A DNA stretch of 60,643 nt from a virus (taxonomy: Duplodnaviria > Caudoviricetes): IMG/VR virus record IMGVR_UViG_3300030104_001233, positions 1 through 60,643 of that record, one strand, 5' to 3'. Within the stretch, counting starts at the first letter, position 1. Every line of letters starts with the position of its first letter. Positions 19,264 through 26,663 of the stretch are shown one piece after another. The notes under the pieces are model-generated. The model was not told the origin of the DNA, did not search any database, and was given only the letters and a program-made list of their open reading frames with translations. The translations under genes and the position numbers were made by a program.

Positions 19264-19928
19264 CACCACCTCCTATTATGTTCACAACTAACAACTGGAC
19301 AAAACTTACACAACCCACTCTCTACTGCATTCCAAACGTCTTCTTTAGCAGCCACTTCAATTCTTTCTAGTAGTTCATCAAATACATTTATGTACGCTTT
19401 GTACATATCGGCTGTGTGTTCTTTAGCTATAAACTTATTACATACTACAAAAGACAGAGCAGACTTTATCTTTTTTACTTCAGGAAAGTTTATGAAGACT
19501 GCCCCTGCAAGTAAGTCTAACTGTTTAGTATCCGCATAGTTCGCACTTTTACCTGTCTTGTAGTCTATAAGATACGCTTTATCTTCGTTTAGTATCAGTA
19601 AGTCAGCTATACCTCTATACCAAACATCTTTTGCAAAAAACTTAGTGGGTTCGTATGCGTCATCATACTTGGCTACCCCAAGTCTAATCTCACAGTGTTT
19701 GTCTCCCTCAATGTTATTAAAAGCATCAAGAGTGCGCTGCATGAAGTCATATTTTTTTGGTAAATCCTCTCCATCTTTTATATATTTTTCAGCAGCCGTA
19801 TGCACTAACGTGCCATACCTTGTGGCAACGCTACCTGTATCTTTCACATCTTTCTTAACATACAGATGATAATATTTCTTAGGGCACTGCTTAAAAGAAT
19901 TAACCCTACTGTAACTCCAAGCTGTCAT
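19263..19928 (-). CDS. PD-(D/E)XK exonuclease, Cas4/RecB-like
   Basis: WSYS, N-terminal CP, GIADLL...IDYKTGK, QL and C-terminal CKFCPVVSC. Confidence 0.85.
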   Translation of the reverse strand: MTAWSYSRVNSFKQCPKKYYHLYVKKDVKDTGSVATRYGTLVHTAAEKYIKDGEDLPKKYDFMQRTLDAFNNIEGDKHCEIRLGVAKYDDAYEPTKFFAKDVWYRGIADLLILNEDKAYLIDYKTGKSANYADTKQLDLLAGAVFINFPEVKKIKSALSFVVCNKFIAKEHTADMYKAYINVFDELLERIEVAAKEDVWNAVESGLCKFCPVVSCEHNRRW

Positions 19929-19936
19929 AGTATTAC

Positions 19937-20128
19937 CTAATGTTTTCTTTCAAAATCTTGCAGGAGTTCGTTATAAGTAGCAGTAAGAGAAGTAATCCAG
20001 TCTTTTAATACATCTAGTTGAGCAAGCAAAGACTCGTCACTAAAATCTTCTATTATTTCTACAGAGCCTTCACCGTTTTCCTCACTCCAAATTAATACAC
20101 CTACTTGATCTAATTTCTTTCTCATCAT
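19937..20128 (-). CDS. Hypothetical protein
   Basis: 63-aa ORF overlapping the upstream gene's stop codon, in operon context. Confidence 0.6.
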   Translation of the reverse strand: MMRKKLDQVGVLIWSEENGEGSVEIIEDFSDESLLAQLDVLKDWITSLTATYNELLQDFERKH

Positions 20129-20547
20129 AATTTTCCCTCTTCAACTAACGCTTTACGATTCGTCTCGTGAGCTGCTTTAATTTCTTTTTTATTCTGCCCA
20201 TGATACTCAACTGCGAGCTTGTTCTTGATAAGTAATTTTGTAATAAGTCCCTTTCGCGTTTTAATTTCGCCCAACCATCTTCCAAATTTTCCTTTCTCTT
20301 TTGTTCGGAGGATATATCTTTCCCCGACTTGGCAATGTTCTTGGACAAACTTCTTTGCAAGAAGACCATGTGCTTTCTCCTGTCTATTTCGTGTACGAGA
20401 TTCGGGTGCGTCAATTCCAAATAAACGAATATTAACGCCCCTACCATCATCACCCCTAAGAGTGACACCAAAACCCAAGTCGATGTCCACGCGTAGTCCA
20501 TCACCATCAGTAATAGATCGTATAATGCAACTGTATTCATAGAGCAT
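20125..20547 (-). CDS. Thermonuclease (staphylococcal nuclease-like)
   Basis: ITDGD, IDLGF, IRLFGIDAPE and GKFGRWLG motifs. Confidence 0.9.
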   Translation of the reverse strand: MLYEYSCIIRSITDGDGLRVDIDLGFGVTLRGDDGRGVNIRLFGIDAPESRTRNRQEKAHGLLAKKFVQEHCQVGERYILRTKEKGKFGRWLGEIKTRKGLITKLLIKNKLAVEYHGQNKKEIKAAHETNRKALVEEGKL

Positions 20548-20557
20548 GGTCCTCTCC

Positions 20558-20740
20558 TTATATACGTATTTTCTTTATGTCAGCTTCTGTTATAACTGTT
20601 TCACGCAATATAGCTGCTTCAAAATAGTGACACTCCAGACAATACCATCCAACTCGTTTACCTGTTTCCATATTAAGTACTTGGTCTGAGGTAGCTTTAC
20701 ACTTTGGGCAAGTGTTGGTACGCAAATCATCCGTCATCAC
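20558..20740 (-). CDS. Small zinc-ribbon protein
   Basis: CPKC and CLEC pairs. Confidence 0.65.
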   Translation of the reverse strand: MMTDDLRTNTCPKCKATSDQVLNMETGKRVGWYCLECHYFEAAILRETVITEADIKKIRI

Positions 20741-20852
20741 TACTTTCCGTTTCTTCTTCTAACGCATCAGCTATACGCTCTAATACAGTCAATAAACGTT
20801 CTATATATCTATCCGCTGTATCGTGGTCATCTAGTTCTATATTTATTTTCAT
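20727..20852 (-). CDS. Small acidic hypothetical protein (41 aa, not in ORF track)
   Basis: MKINIELDDHDTADRYIERLLTVLERIADALEEETESSDDG, preceded by a GAGG RBS. Confidence 0.6.
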   Translation of the reverse strand: MKINIELDDHDTADRYIERLLTVLERIADALEEETESSDDG

Positions 20853-20871
20853 ATTAACCTCAAATTCAATG

Positions 20872-21065
20872 CGTGCTCTCAAGTAGAAAAAGGAAAAACC
20901 CTTAAGGCACGACTAACCGTAGCGTGGCTTACTCGGCGTATGCACGTAAGCGAGTGAAAATATCAGAGAACCTAGACTCTGAAACAAGGAGGCTCACGTC
21001 ATATGCTGTGGGTGTTTTCGGGGAAGAATGATAAAAAACCCCTGCCCACCGCCCACTGGGGCTAA
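20872..21065 (-). ncRNA. Putative structured non-coding RNA (three-hairpin cloverleaf plus 3' hairpin)
   Basis: Four stem-loops and a closing stem in a ~200-bp gap without a plausible in-operon ORF; G-U pairs favour the minus strand. Confidence 0.6.
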
Positions 21066-22909
21066 CAAGTTCCATAAGAATTACCATAGCCTCCCTCACA
21101 ATCAAGAGGCAAATCTGGTGCCCATTTGGGCCTGACTTTCATAACTCTCTCAACTAACTGCATCCCTTTTTCAACCTCATCTTCTGGGACTATACATCCA
21201 ATAGCATCGTGTACAGTCATAACAACTTTATATTTCTGCGATACACGGAGCAACTGTTCACCGATAACGATTCTTGCCAGTGCCTGACATACGTTCTCGA
21301 TAACCTTACCTCCATATATTCTAGTAGACATAATCGTTCGACCTTTCCGGGTGTCGTACACAACTTCAGTTCTACCTTCTTCGTCCCTTTCCCTTCTTAG
21401 GTTAGGGTACTTAACATATAGACCGTTAGGGAGCTTTATGCCTTTAACACCATCCACCATGAGTATTCCAGAGCAGCCAAAGTAAGCAATCTTATCTTGC
21501 ATAATGCTCTCTAGTTTATCGCCCGCCGCTCTCCACAACTTGGGTATACGTGCGTAGGTGCTTCTATATACCTTTATAATACGCTCACATTCATACTCAT
21601 CCAGTTCCACCCCAAAGTTCTTGAGCTGGTTTCTAAATTTAACAGCCCCCATTCCATATCCTGCACCTAGTATAGTAGTCTTACCTACGAACCGTTCTTC
21701 TTTTGATATGTCTTCTTCGGGCTTATCGTAGATAGCGGAGGCCATCATCTTGTACACATCATCACCATTATCGAACGCCTCAACTAACCCTCCTTCCTCG
21801 GCCAACCACGCCAGAGTCCGTGCCTCTATCTGAGAGAGGTCACAGTCCACAAACTTGTACCCTTCTGGAGCGCACATAGCTTTTTTAAGCTCACTGCCTC
21901 GCGGTAAGTTCTGCATATTAATCTTGTCATCCCCACCCCATCTGCCTGTGTGGGCAGCGTAGTAGCGTAGTGGTATAGGTAGTGTACCCCTCTGAGCTAT
22001 CTCTATGAACCGCTGTGTTCTTGTTTCTTCGATGGTAGACCTTACTCCTAGTCTAGCAGCTACAAGAGCTTGTACCGACGGATTTTCGTGGTCCTGTAGA
22101 GCCTTAAAGCCCTCATCACTTTTTGCGAAGGCGAACGTCTCCTTGCCTGTGGTAGGGCTTATTTTCGTAGGAGGTTCGATATTGTACTCACGCAACAGCT
22201 CGGCAAACTGTGGATTAGAAGTTAACTGTGTTTTCTCATGGGTAATCTTATCCATTAGAGCTGCTTTAGTATCTACTACGTCTTTTAAGTGCTGGTCAAG
22301 TATATCTTTATCTAGTTCTAAAGCAGGTTCAGTAAACATGCGTAGGGTTAAGTCTATTAATGAAAGCTCAAAATTAGGAAACCCTTTTCTCAATACCTTA
22401 AATAGTTTGTGCGTAAGTTCTACATCTTGTATACAGTACCCACCATAGGCTTCTAGTTCCTCTGGTGTAAAATCTAAACGCTTCTTACCTATCGCATCAT
22501 GCACCTCAGTTCCTTTCTTACCTAATTCGTAATACTCAGATAAAGCTGCTAACCCCCCACCCACTTCAATAGAGTGGATAGCGCGTGACATTGCTAACGT
22601 ATCAGCAATCAACTTGGGCTTAATACCGAAGTGCCAGTTAAGGATAGCCATGTCGAACATGGCGTTGTGAGCTAGAGCCACAGAGTTTGACCAATCAAAC
22701 TGAGACAAAAACTGTTTTGTTTGTTTCTTGCTGCCAGAAAACCATTGTGCCGCAGCAGCTCTGCTTGATGATAGTTCCTGCCCATTGCATTTGACAGCAA
22801 CTCCGATAACCTCAAAACGAGGATCGCGTATATATTCTTCAGTAGTTAGTTTACTTAAACTAAAATCTTTTGAGTAATAAGTTTCAAAGTCGAGGGTGAG
22901 TATGTTCAT
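21062..22909 (-). CDS. polA: DNA polymerase family A with 3'-5' exonuclease domain
   Basis: LDFETY and AHNAMFD exonuclease motifs; HTGRW; motif A DLSQIEAR, motif B RFVGKTTILGAGYG, motif C VHD. Confidence 0.95.
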   Translation of the reverse strand: MNILTLDFETYYSKDFSLSKLTTEEYIRDPRFEVIGVAVKCNGQELSSSRAAAAQWFSGSKKQTKQFLSQFDWSNSVALAHNAMFDMAILNWHFGIKPKLIADTLAMSRAIHSIEVGGGLAALSEYYELGKKGTEVHDAIGKKRLDFTPEELEAYGGYCIQDVELTHKLFKVLRKGFPNFELSLIDLTLRMFTEPALELDKDILDQHLKDVVDTKAALMDKITHEKTQLTSNPQFAELLREYNIEPPTKISPTTGKETFAFAKSDEGFKALQDHENPSVQALVAARLGVRSTIEETRTQRFIEIAQRGTLPIPLRYYAAHTGRWGGDDKINMQNLPRGSELKKAMCAPEGYKFVDCDLSQIEARTLAWLAEEGGLVEAFDNGDDVYKMMASAIYDKPEEDISKEERFVGKTTILGAGYGMGAVKFRNQLKNFGVELDEYECERIIKVYRSTYARIPKLWRAAGDKLESIMQDKIAYFGCSGILMVDGVKGIKLPNGLYVKYPNLRRERDEEGRTEVVYDTRKGRTIMSTRIYGGKVIENVCQALARIVIGEQLLRVSQKYKVVMTVHDAIGCIVPEDEVEKGMQLVERVMKVRPKWAPDLPLDCEGGYGNSYGTC

Positions 22910-23195
22910 GGGACGATAAGTACTCTTCGAGTACACCTAGGTTATTTTCGTTGATTATGAATGTTGTGCCTTTGGCTTCTTTAATAGCGTTAAGCTCTCG
23001 TTCCTGTAGTGGAGTAGGTTTGTTCTTACCTGCTTTGCATTCTATTCCAATGAAACGGCCAAAAAAACAACAGACAATATCAGGCACTCCGCTTCGCCCC
23101 ATGCCATAAGTGGCAGGAAAAAAGTAATAGACTTGGTACTGCTTGAGTATATTAACTACTTTGTTTTTGACTTTCTTTTCAGGTGTAAGAGCCAT
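22884..23195 (-). CDS. VRR-NUC domain nuclease
   Basis: TPEKKV, GVPDI, IECKA and TPLQ motifs. Confidence 0.9.
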   Translation of the reverse strand: MALTPEKKVKNKVVNILKQYQVYYFFPATYGMGRSGVPDIVCCFFGRFIGIECKAGKNKPTPLQERELNAIKEAKGTTFIINENNLGVLEEYLSSHEHTHPRL

Positions 23196-23201
23196 TCAAG
23201 T

Positions 23202-23230
23202 AGAATAGCTTAAAGGTTGGACTTTGTAAA
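23202..23230 (-). promoter_or_regulatory. sigma70-type promoter for the polymerase operon, probably leaderless
   Basis: TTTACA-17 nt-TATTCT, then 6 nt to the ATG at 23195, with no RBS. Confidence 0.7.
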
Positions 23231-23232
23231 GT

Positions 23233-23260
23233 AAAAAGAACCCCGCCCGAAAGCGGGGTA
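23233..23260 (-). terminator. Rho-independent terminator ending the early operon
   Basis: Minus strand ACCCCGC-tttcgg-GCGGGGT followed by TCTTTTT. Confidence 0.85.
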
Positions 23261-23272
23261 TAGTAGGAAGGT

Positions 23273-23292
23273 TGCATAGGAATTCCTATGCA
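23273..23292. repeat. 20-bp perfect palindrome TGCATAGGAATTCCTATGCA, copy 1 of 5
   Basis: Exact sequence; supplies the TAG stop of the 23286-23438 ORF. Confidence 0.97.
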
Positions 23293-23438
23293 GATTTTGG
23301 AGGGAGTATCTTTTTGTTTTTAACTTGTAGCCATCCTCGCTTGTAGGATGCGTATCTGCTTTTGTTCATTGTCGGGTCTTGCTTGCGTACCTCTGCTAGA
23401 GTAGGACAAGACCCATCATCTTTTTGTTTCTTCATCAT
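23286..23438 (-). CDS. Small basic hypothetical protein (50 aa, not in ORF track)
   Basis: MMKKQKDDGSCPTLAEVRKQDPTMNKSRYASYKRGWLQVKNKKILPPKSA with AAGGAG RBS. Confidence 0.6.
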   Translation of the reverse strand: MMKKQKDDGSCPTLAEVRKQDPTMNKSRYASYKRGWLQVKNKKILPPKSA

Positions 23439-23847
23439 TGTTCTCCTTTAAACATTTTAGTTTTAACCATTCGATTGCCTTGTTTACTTCTGCGGGTACA
23501 GGTATGTCTTTCCCACCTTCAACATATAAAGTATCGCAAGGGTAAGTACCCCCACCGTTATACTCCAACTCTCCATCAACTGGAATCCACGTTGTAATAT
23601 CTAATAGGTAGTAAATGTCTCCTATTTCTAGCGGTTTTTCTTCTTCACAAAAAATATCTGCTATATTTTCCCATGACCAATCACACTCTTTCTCGTCAAA
23701 AAGTTCAAAAGAACCATCAGCTAGAATTCCCTGATACCCTATCTTCTCAGCAGAAACTTCTTCCCTGTTCTCTAGTCCAATACATTTCATGCCAATGCAA
23801 TCAAATTGATATATGGGTTCGCCTCTTTTTGTTTCTTCACTCATCAT
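23416..23847 (-). CDS. Acidic hypothetical protein
   Basis: Start placed at MMSEETK after the AAGGAGAACG leader. Confidence 0.7.
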   Translation of the reverse strand: MMSEETKRGEPIYQFDCIGMKCIGLENREEVSAEKIGYQGILADGSFELFDEKECDWSWENIADIFCEEEKPLEIGDIYYLLDITTWIPVDGELEYNGGGTYPCDTLYVEGGKDIPVPAEVNKAIEWLKLKCLKENNDEETKR

Positions 23848-24040
23848 CGTTCTCCTTTTCTTTTTGTTTTTTTTCATACTCACCCAAGTCAAAAGACATA
23901 CCCTCTAAGGTAGCCATCATTTCATTGTAGATGTAACTTTTACATTCCTCGTGGGTTGCGAGTTTTTCGTATCCAAAATAATGCGAAATAGCTTCTCTGT
24001 GGTCTTTGAGTAAATCAAAAGTTATTCTAACTTTCATCAT
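23837..24040 (-). CDS. Hypothetical protein
   Basis: 67-aa ORF with AAGGAGAACG leader. Confidence 0.7.
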   Translation of the reverse strand: MMKVRITFDLLKDHREAISHYFGYEKLATHEECKSYIYNEMMATLEGMSFDLGEYEKKQKEKENDDE

Positions 24041-24314
24041 CGTTCTCCTTTATCCCGACAATGCCTCCATCGTCAGGCCAGTTCTTATCATCAGCAAGAA
24101 TATCTTGCCAGCGTGGTTGGTCTAGGGCTACTTGCGTAGCCCCTTCCTTGTCTGCTTTGTTGACGTGTTCCTCAAGCACTCTTCGCATCTCCTTGGTGTA
24201 ACTAGGAAACTCCTTGAAGTAATCCACTACATACTTAGGTAGTCGCACGTTAGTGTGTAGCATAGAAGGCTTAACGCCTTTGCCTCTGGTTTGTTTATCA
24301 TTCGTCAAAGTCAA
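24027..24314 (-). CDS. BrnA-antitoxin-like ribbon-helix-helix protein
   Basis: RGKGVKP...TNVRLPKYVVDYFK...YTKEMRRVLEEHV matches the BrnA pattern (RG.P....K..v.lRld..V...fk.....yq..in..Lr). Confidence 0.55.
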   Translation of the reverse strand: MTLTNDKQTRGKGVKPSMLHTNVRLPKYVVDYFKEFPSYTKEMRRVLEEHVNKADKEGATQVALDQPRWQDILADDKNWPDDGGIVGIKENDDES

Positions 24315-25206
24315 AATTTAGTTCCTCCATAATGAAAAATTTATCGGCAGTTGCTTTGTATCCCACACCATCAATGGCTGTGTTATCTTCTGCAACTTTG
24401 AGTAAACCAACGGCGGTGCGTACATCTTCAGGCAGATCATCACGTTTCATACGTTTAACTCCCTTGTTTAGCGAGTAATACATATCACCCTTGTTAAGAA
24501 TAAATTGACCCTTATCATTTTCTACAGCATCGTTAAGACTTTTAGTAATTGATATGGCTTCTTTATCTTTCGCCCTTGCTTCTAGTTGCTTACTCATGCC
24601 ATGCGCGTTGACAAACTCAAATAACTCAGACGATTCTTGTTTGAGCATTACGCTAAGTTTATCTATGATGTCACGCGTTGCATTATCCCTTGTTCTCTTT
24701 AGTGAATAAGTGTGGTCAGACAAAGCACTTATTACATCACTCTCCACTTCATCCATTTCTTCCTGTAGGGTAAGAGGGTAAAAGTAACGAGCAAAGACAT
24801 TCTTTGCCGTACCTAGTTTTGAAGTTTTCTTACAACTACCTCGTCTTATATCCTCAGTTACTCGTTCATTGTAAAACTCCATTTGATCGCTGTAATAACT
24901 CCATTCAACTCTACCCAAACACTCTGTATCTGCAAGCACCAAAGCCTGAGTCATATAAACTTTATTTCCTTCTGAGTGATTAGCCTCAAGATAAAACGTA
25001 TATTCTGGATGCCTCTCAGCCAAGTAAGTAAATAAGTTAAGTGAGAAATCTTTGTAGTCTCTGTTTATAAGTTCTACAGGGTCTACAGTGTTTTGCCAAT
25101 ACAACACATTCCTTGGCATGTTCACAAACGATCCAAGTTCCTTATTTTCTATTTGTTCGCGTATTCTTTTTAGTTTACCTCTTTGTCCTCTGTGTACTGC
25201 TTTCAT
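24298..25206 (-). CDS. Hypothetical protein
   Basis: 302-aa ORF with AGGAGG RBS. Confidence 0.8.
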   Translation of the reverse strand: MKAVHRGQRGKLKRIREQIENKELGSFVNMPRNVLYWQNTVDPVELINRDYKDFSLNLFTYLAERHPEYTFYLEANHSEGNKVYMTQALVLADTECLGRVEWSYYSDQMEFYNERVTEDIRRGSCKKTSKLGTAKNVFARYFYPLTLQEEMDEVESDVISALSDHTYSLKRTRDNATRDIIDKLSVMLKQESSELFEFVNAHGMSKQLEARAKDKEAISITKSLNDAVENDKGQFILNKGDMYYSLNKGVKRMKRDDLPEDVRTAVGLLKVAEDNTAIDGVGYKATADKFFIMEELNFDFDE

Positions 25207-25216
25207 ATCACACCTC

Positions 25217-26080
25217 CTACCAGTCGTATGAATTAATAATAGAGTCCACTTCTTCTTTCACTGTCTTACGCACAGTGGGAGAATCTTTGAACATCTCTTT
25301 TGTTTTACCTACCATAATGTCCTCAAGGCGTTGACGTGCTTCTTCAACCTTGGGGTCATCAGTTAAGTTCATATGCTTTAGCATACGGCATAGGTTCAAC
25401 GGATTAGAAACAAACGTGTCATGCCATCGTTTATTATCGTCACTCTCTTCGTCTCCAGTATCCGTACACTTCGCACTTATACCTTGCAGCTCTTTGAGTA
25501 TCCGTTTCTCATTCTCCTTACTCGCTTCAGCTACCTTACGCTCTACTTCTGCATCGCATGAAAGTTTAAGTTCTTCCATTTCCTGTGTAGGTAAGTCCAC
25601 ACAAAAGTGTCCTGACTTCGGTACAGGTATAGATACAAAGTCCCAGTAAAATTTCCCCATGACTTCATTCACTGGTGGGTAATCAAGCGCGTTGAACATC
25701 TCCCCTCTATATTCTTCAGCAGTCTCACGATAACTGAAATACTTAACTCGGAAGGTATCCACTAGTTTGTTAAACCCCGCTTCTTTTAAGTTGTGCTGGG
25801 ATTTGTAATCTAAGAATAGACTAGTAGGACAAAGCCGATAGCCACGTTCATCCCAAGGCAACGTCATGGTGTTGTGCCATAGACGTGCTCCCGCTGCATA
25901 TTTCTGAATATCACTATGGCCTGTTGAACCAACCATTAAGTTGTCATACATACGCATGGCTTTGGGACTAGCTTTCTTGTTCGCAGCAACCTCATGTTCA
26001 AGTTGCTTGTTACGCTTGCTTGCTCCCCATACACCAATACTTAGACGTACCAATACTGCACTGTTTGCTATACCACTCAT
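25217..26080 (-). CDS. Helical phage protein usually found with AAA/vWA genes (DUF3150-like, tentative)
   Basis: IANSAVLVRLSIGVW, TLPWD, DYP and NLTDDP motifs; gene neighbourhood. Confidence 0.55.
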   Translation of the reverse strand: MSGIANSAVLVRLSIGVWGASKRNKQLEHEVAANKKASPKAMRMYDNLMVGSTGHSDIQKYAAGARLWHNTMTLPWDERGYRLCPTSLFLDYKSQHNLKEAGFNKLVDTFRVKYFSYRETAEEYRGEMFNALDYPPVNEVMGKFYWDFVSIPVPKSGHFCVDLPTQEMEELKLSCDAEVERKVAEASKENEKRILKELQGISAKCTDTGDEESDDNKRWHDTFVSNPLNLCRMLKHMNLTDDPKVEEARQRLEDIMVGKTKEMFKDSPTVRKTVKEEVDSIINSYDW

Positions 26081-26376
26081 ATCTCTCTCCTTTTTCTGTC
26101 ATCTATGTAGCGTTCATCTTTTCTTAGTTCACCCGTTGGATCATTTTCTGCAAGCCAATCTTGTAGAAGTAAAGTGATAACTTGGCTAATGGTTAACTTA
26201 ACTCCTATCTTTACAGACATAACAACCACGCAATCCCATAGTATTCCTACGGCTTCCTTGCTTGCGGTTATGTTCCTGCTCTTAAGAGCACTTTTCTTTT
26301 TCCATTCTTTCTCCCTAAGTTTTCGCTCTTCGTCACTCATTGGTGGTCTACCTCTTTTTCTTTTTACTTCACTCAT
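26077..26376 (-). CDS. AT-hook-containing small DNA-binding protein (paralog A)
   Basis: N-terminal KRKRGRPP; C-terminal WLAENDPTGELRK shared with the neighbouring gene. Confidence 0.65.
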   Translation of the reverse strand: MSEVKRKRGRPPMSDEERKLREKEWKKKSALKSRNITASKEAVGILWDCVVVMSVKIGVKLTISQVITLLLQDWLAENDPTGELRKDERYIDDRKRREI

Positions 26377-26651
26377 TGTTGTTCTCCTTTTCTTAGTTCA
26401 CCTGTTGGATCGTTCGTTGCAAGCCACTCATCTATAATAGCTGTGAGTGTTTGGCCTTTAGTTACTGAAAGATTCTTCAACCCTACCACCTCACCTAACT
26501 TATGCTGAAGCACTGCTTGGGCTTGCGTAATTCTCCCATGTACAGTTTTCGGTACGTTTACGCTTGCGTAAGCCTCTATATGTTTTTTCTTAGCGGCTTT
26601 GCGTTGTTCCTCTGTATGAGGTTTGCGTCCTCTTTTCTTTACTTCACTCAT
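26373..26651 (-). CDS. AT-hook-like small DNA-binding protein (paralog B)
   Basis: N-terminal KKRGRKP; SVNVP strand followed by helices; C-terminal WLATNDPTGELRK. Confidence 0.65.
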   Translation of the reverse strand: MSEVKKRGRKPHTEEQRKAAKKKHIEAYASVNVPKTVHGRITQAQAVLQHKLGEVVGLKNLSVTKGQTLTAIIDEWLATNDPTGELRKGEQQ

Positions 26652-26663
26652 TGTCGTTCTCCT

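Noticed and set aside
19263-19928. Cas4 as evidence of a CRISPR-Cas system
   Set aside because: Stand-alone Cas4-like PD-(D/E)XK nucleases are normal in phage replication modules; no cas1, cas2 or array is present
20872-21065. tRNA or simple terminator
   Set aside because: Arms are too long and lack T-loop and D-loop consensus; the U-rich runs lie in loops, not after the stems
23273-23292. Palindrome as an FRT-like recombination site or protelomerase target
   Set aside because: It shares ATAGGAA/TTCCTAT with FRT arms but lacks the spacer architecture; no tyrosine recombinase or protelomerase was recognised, and five copies do not fit a single telomere site
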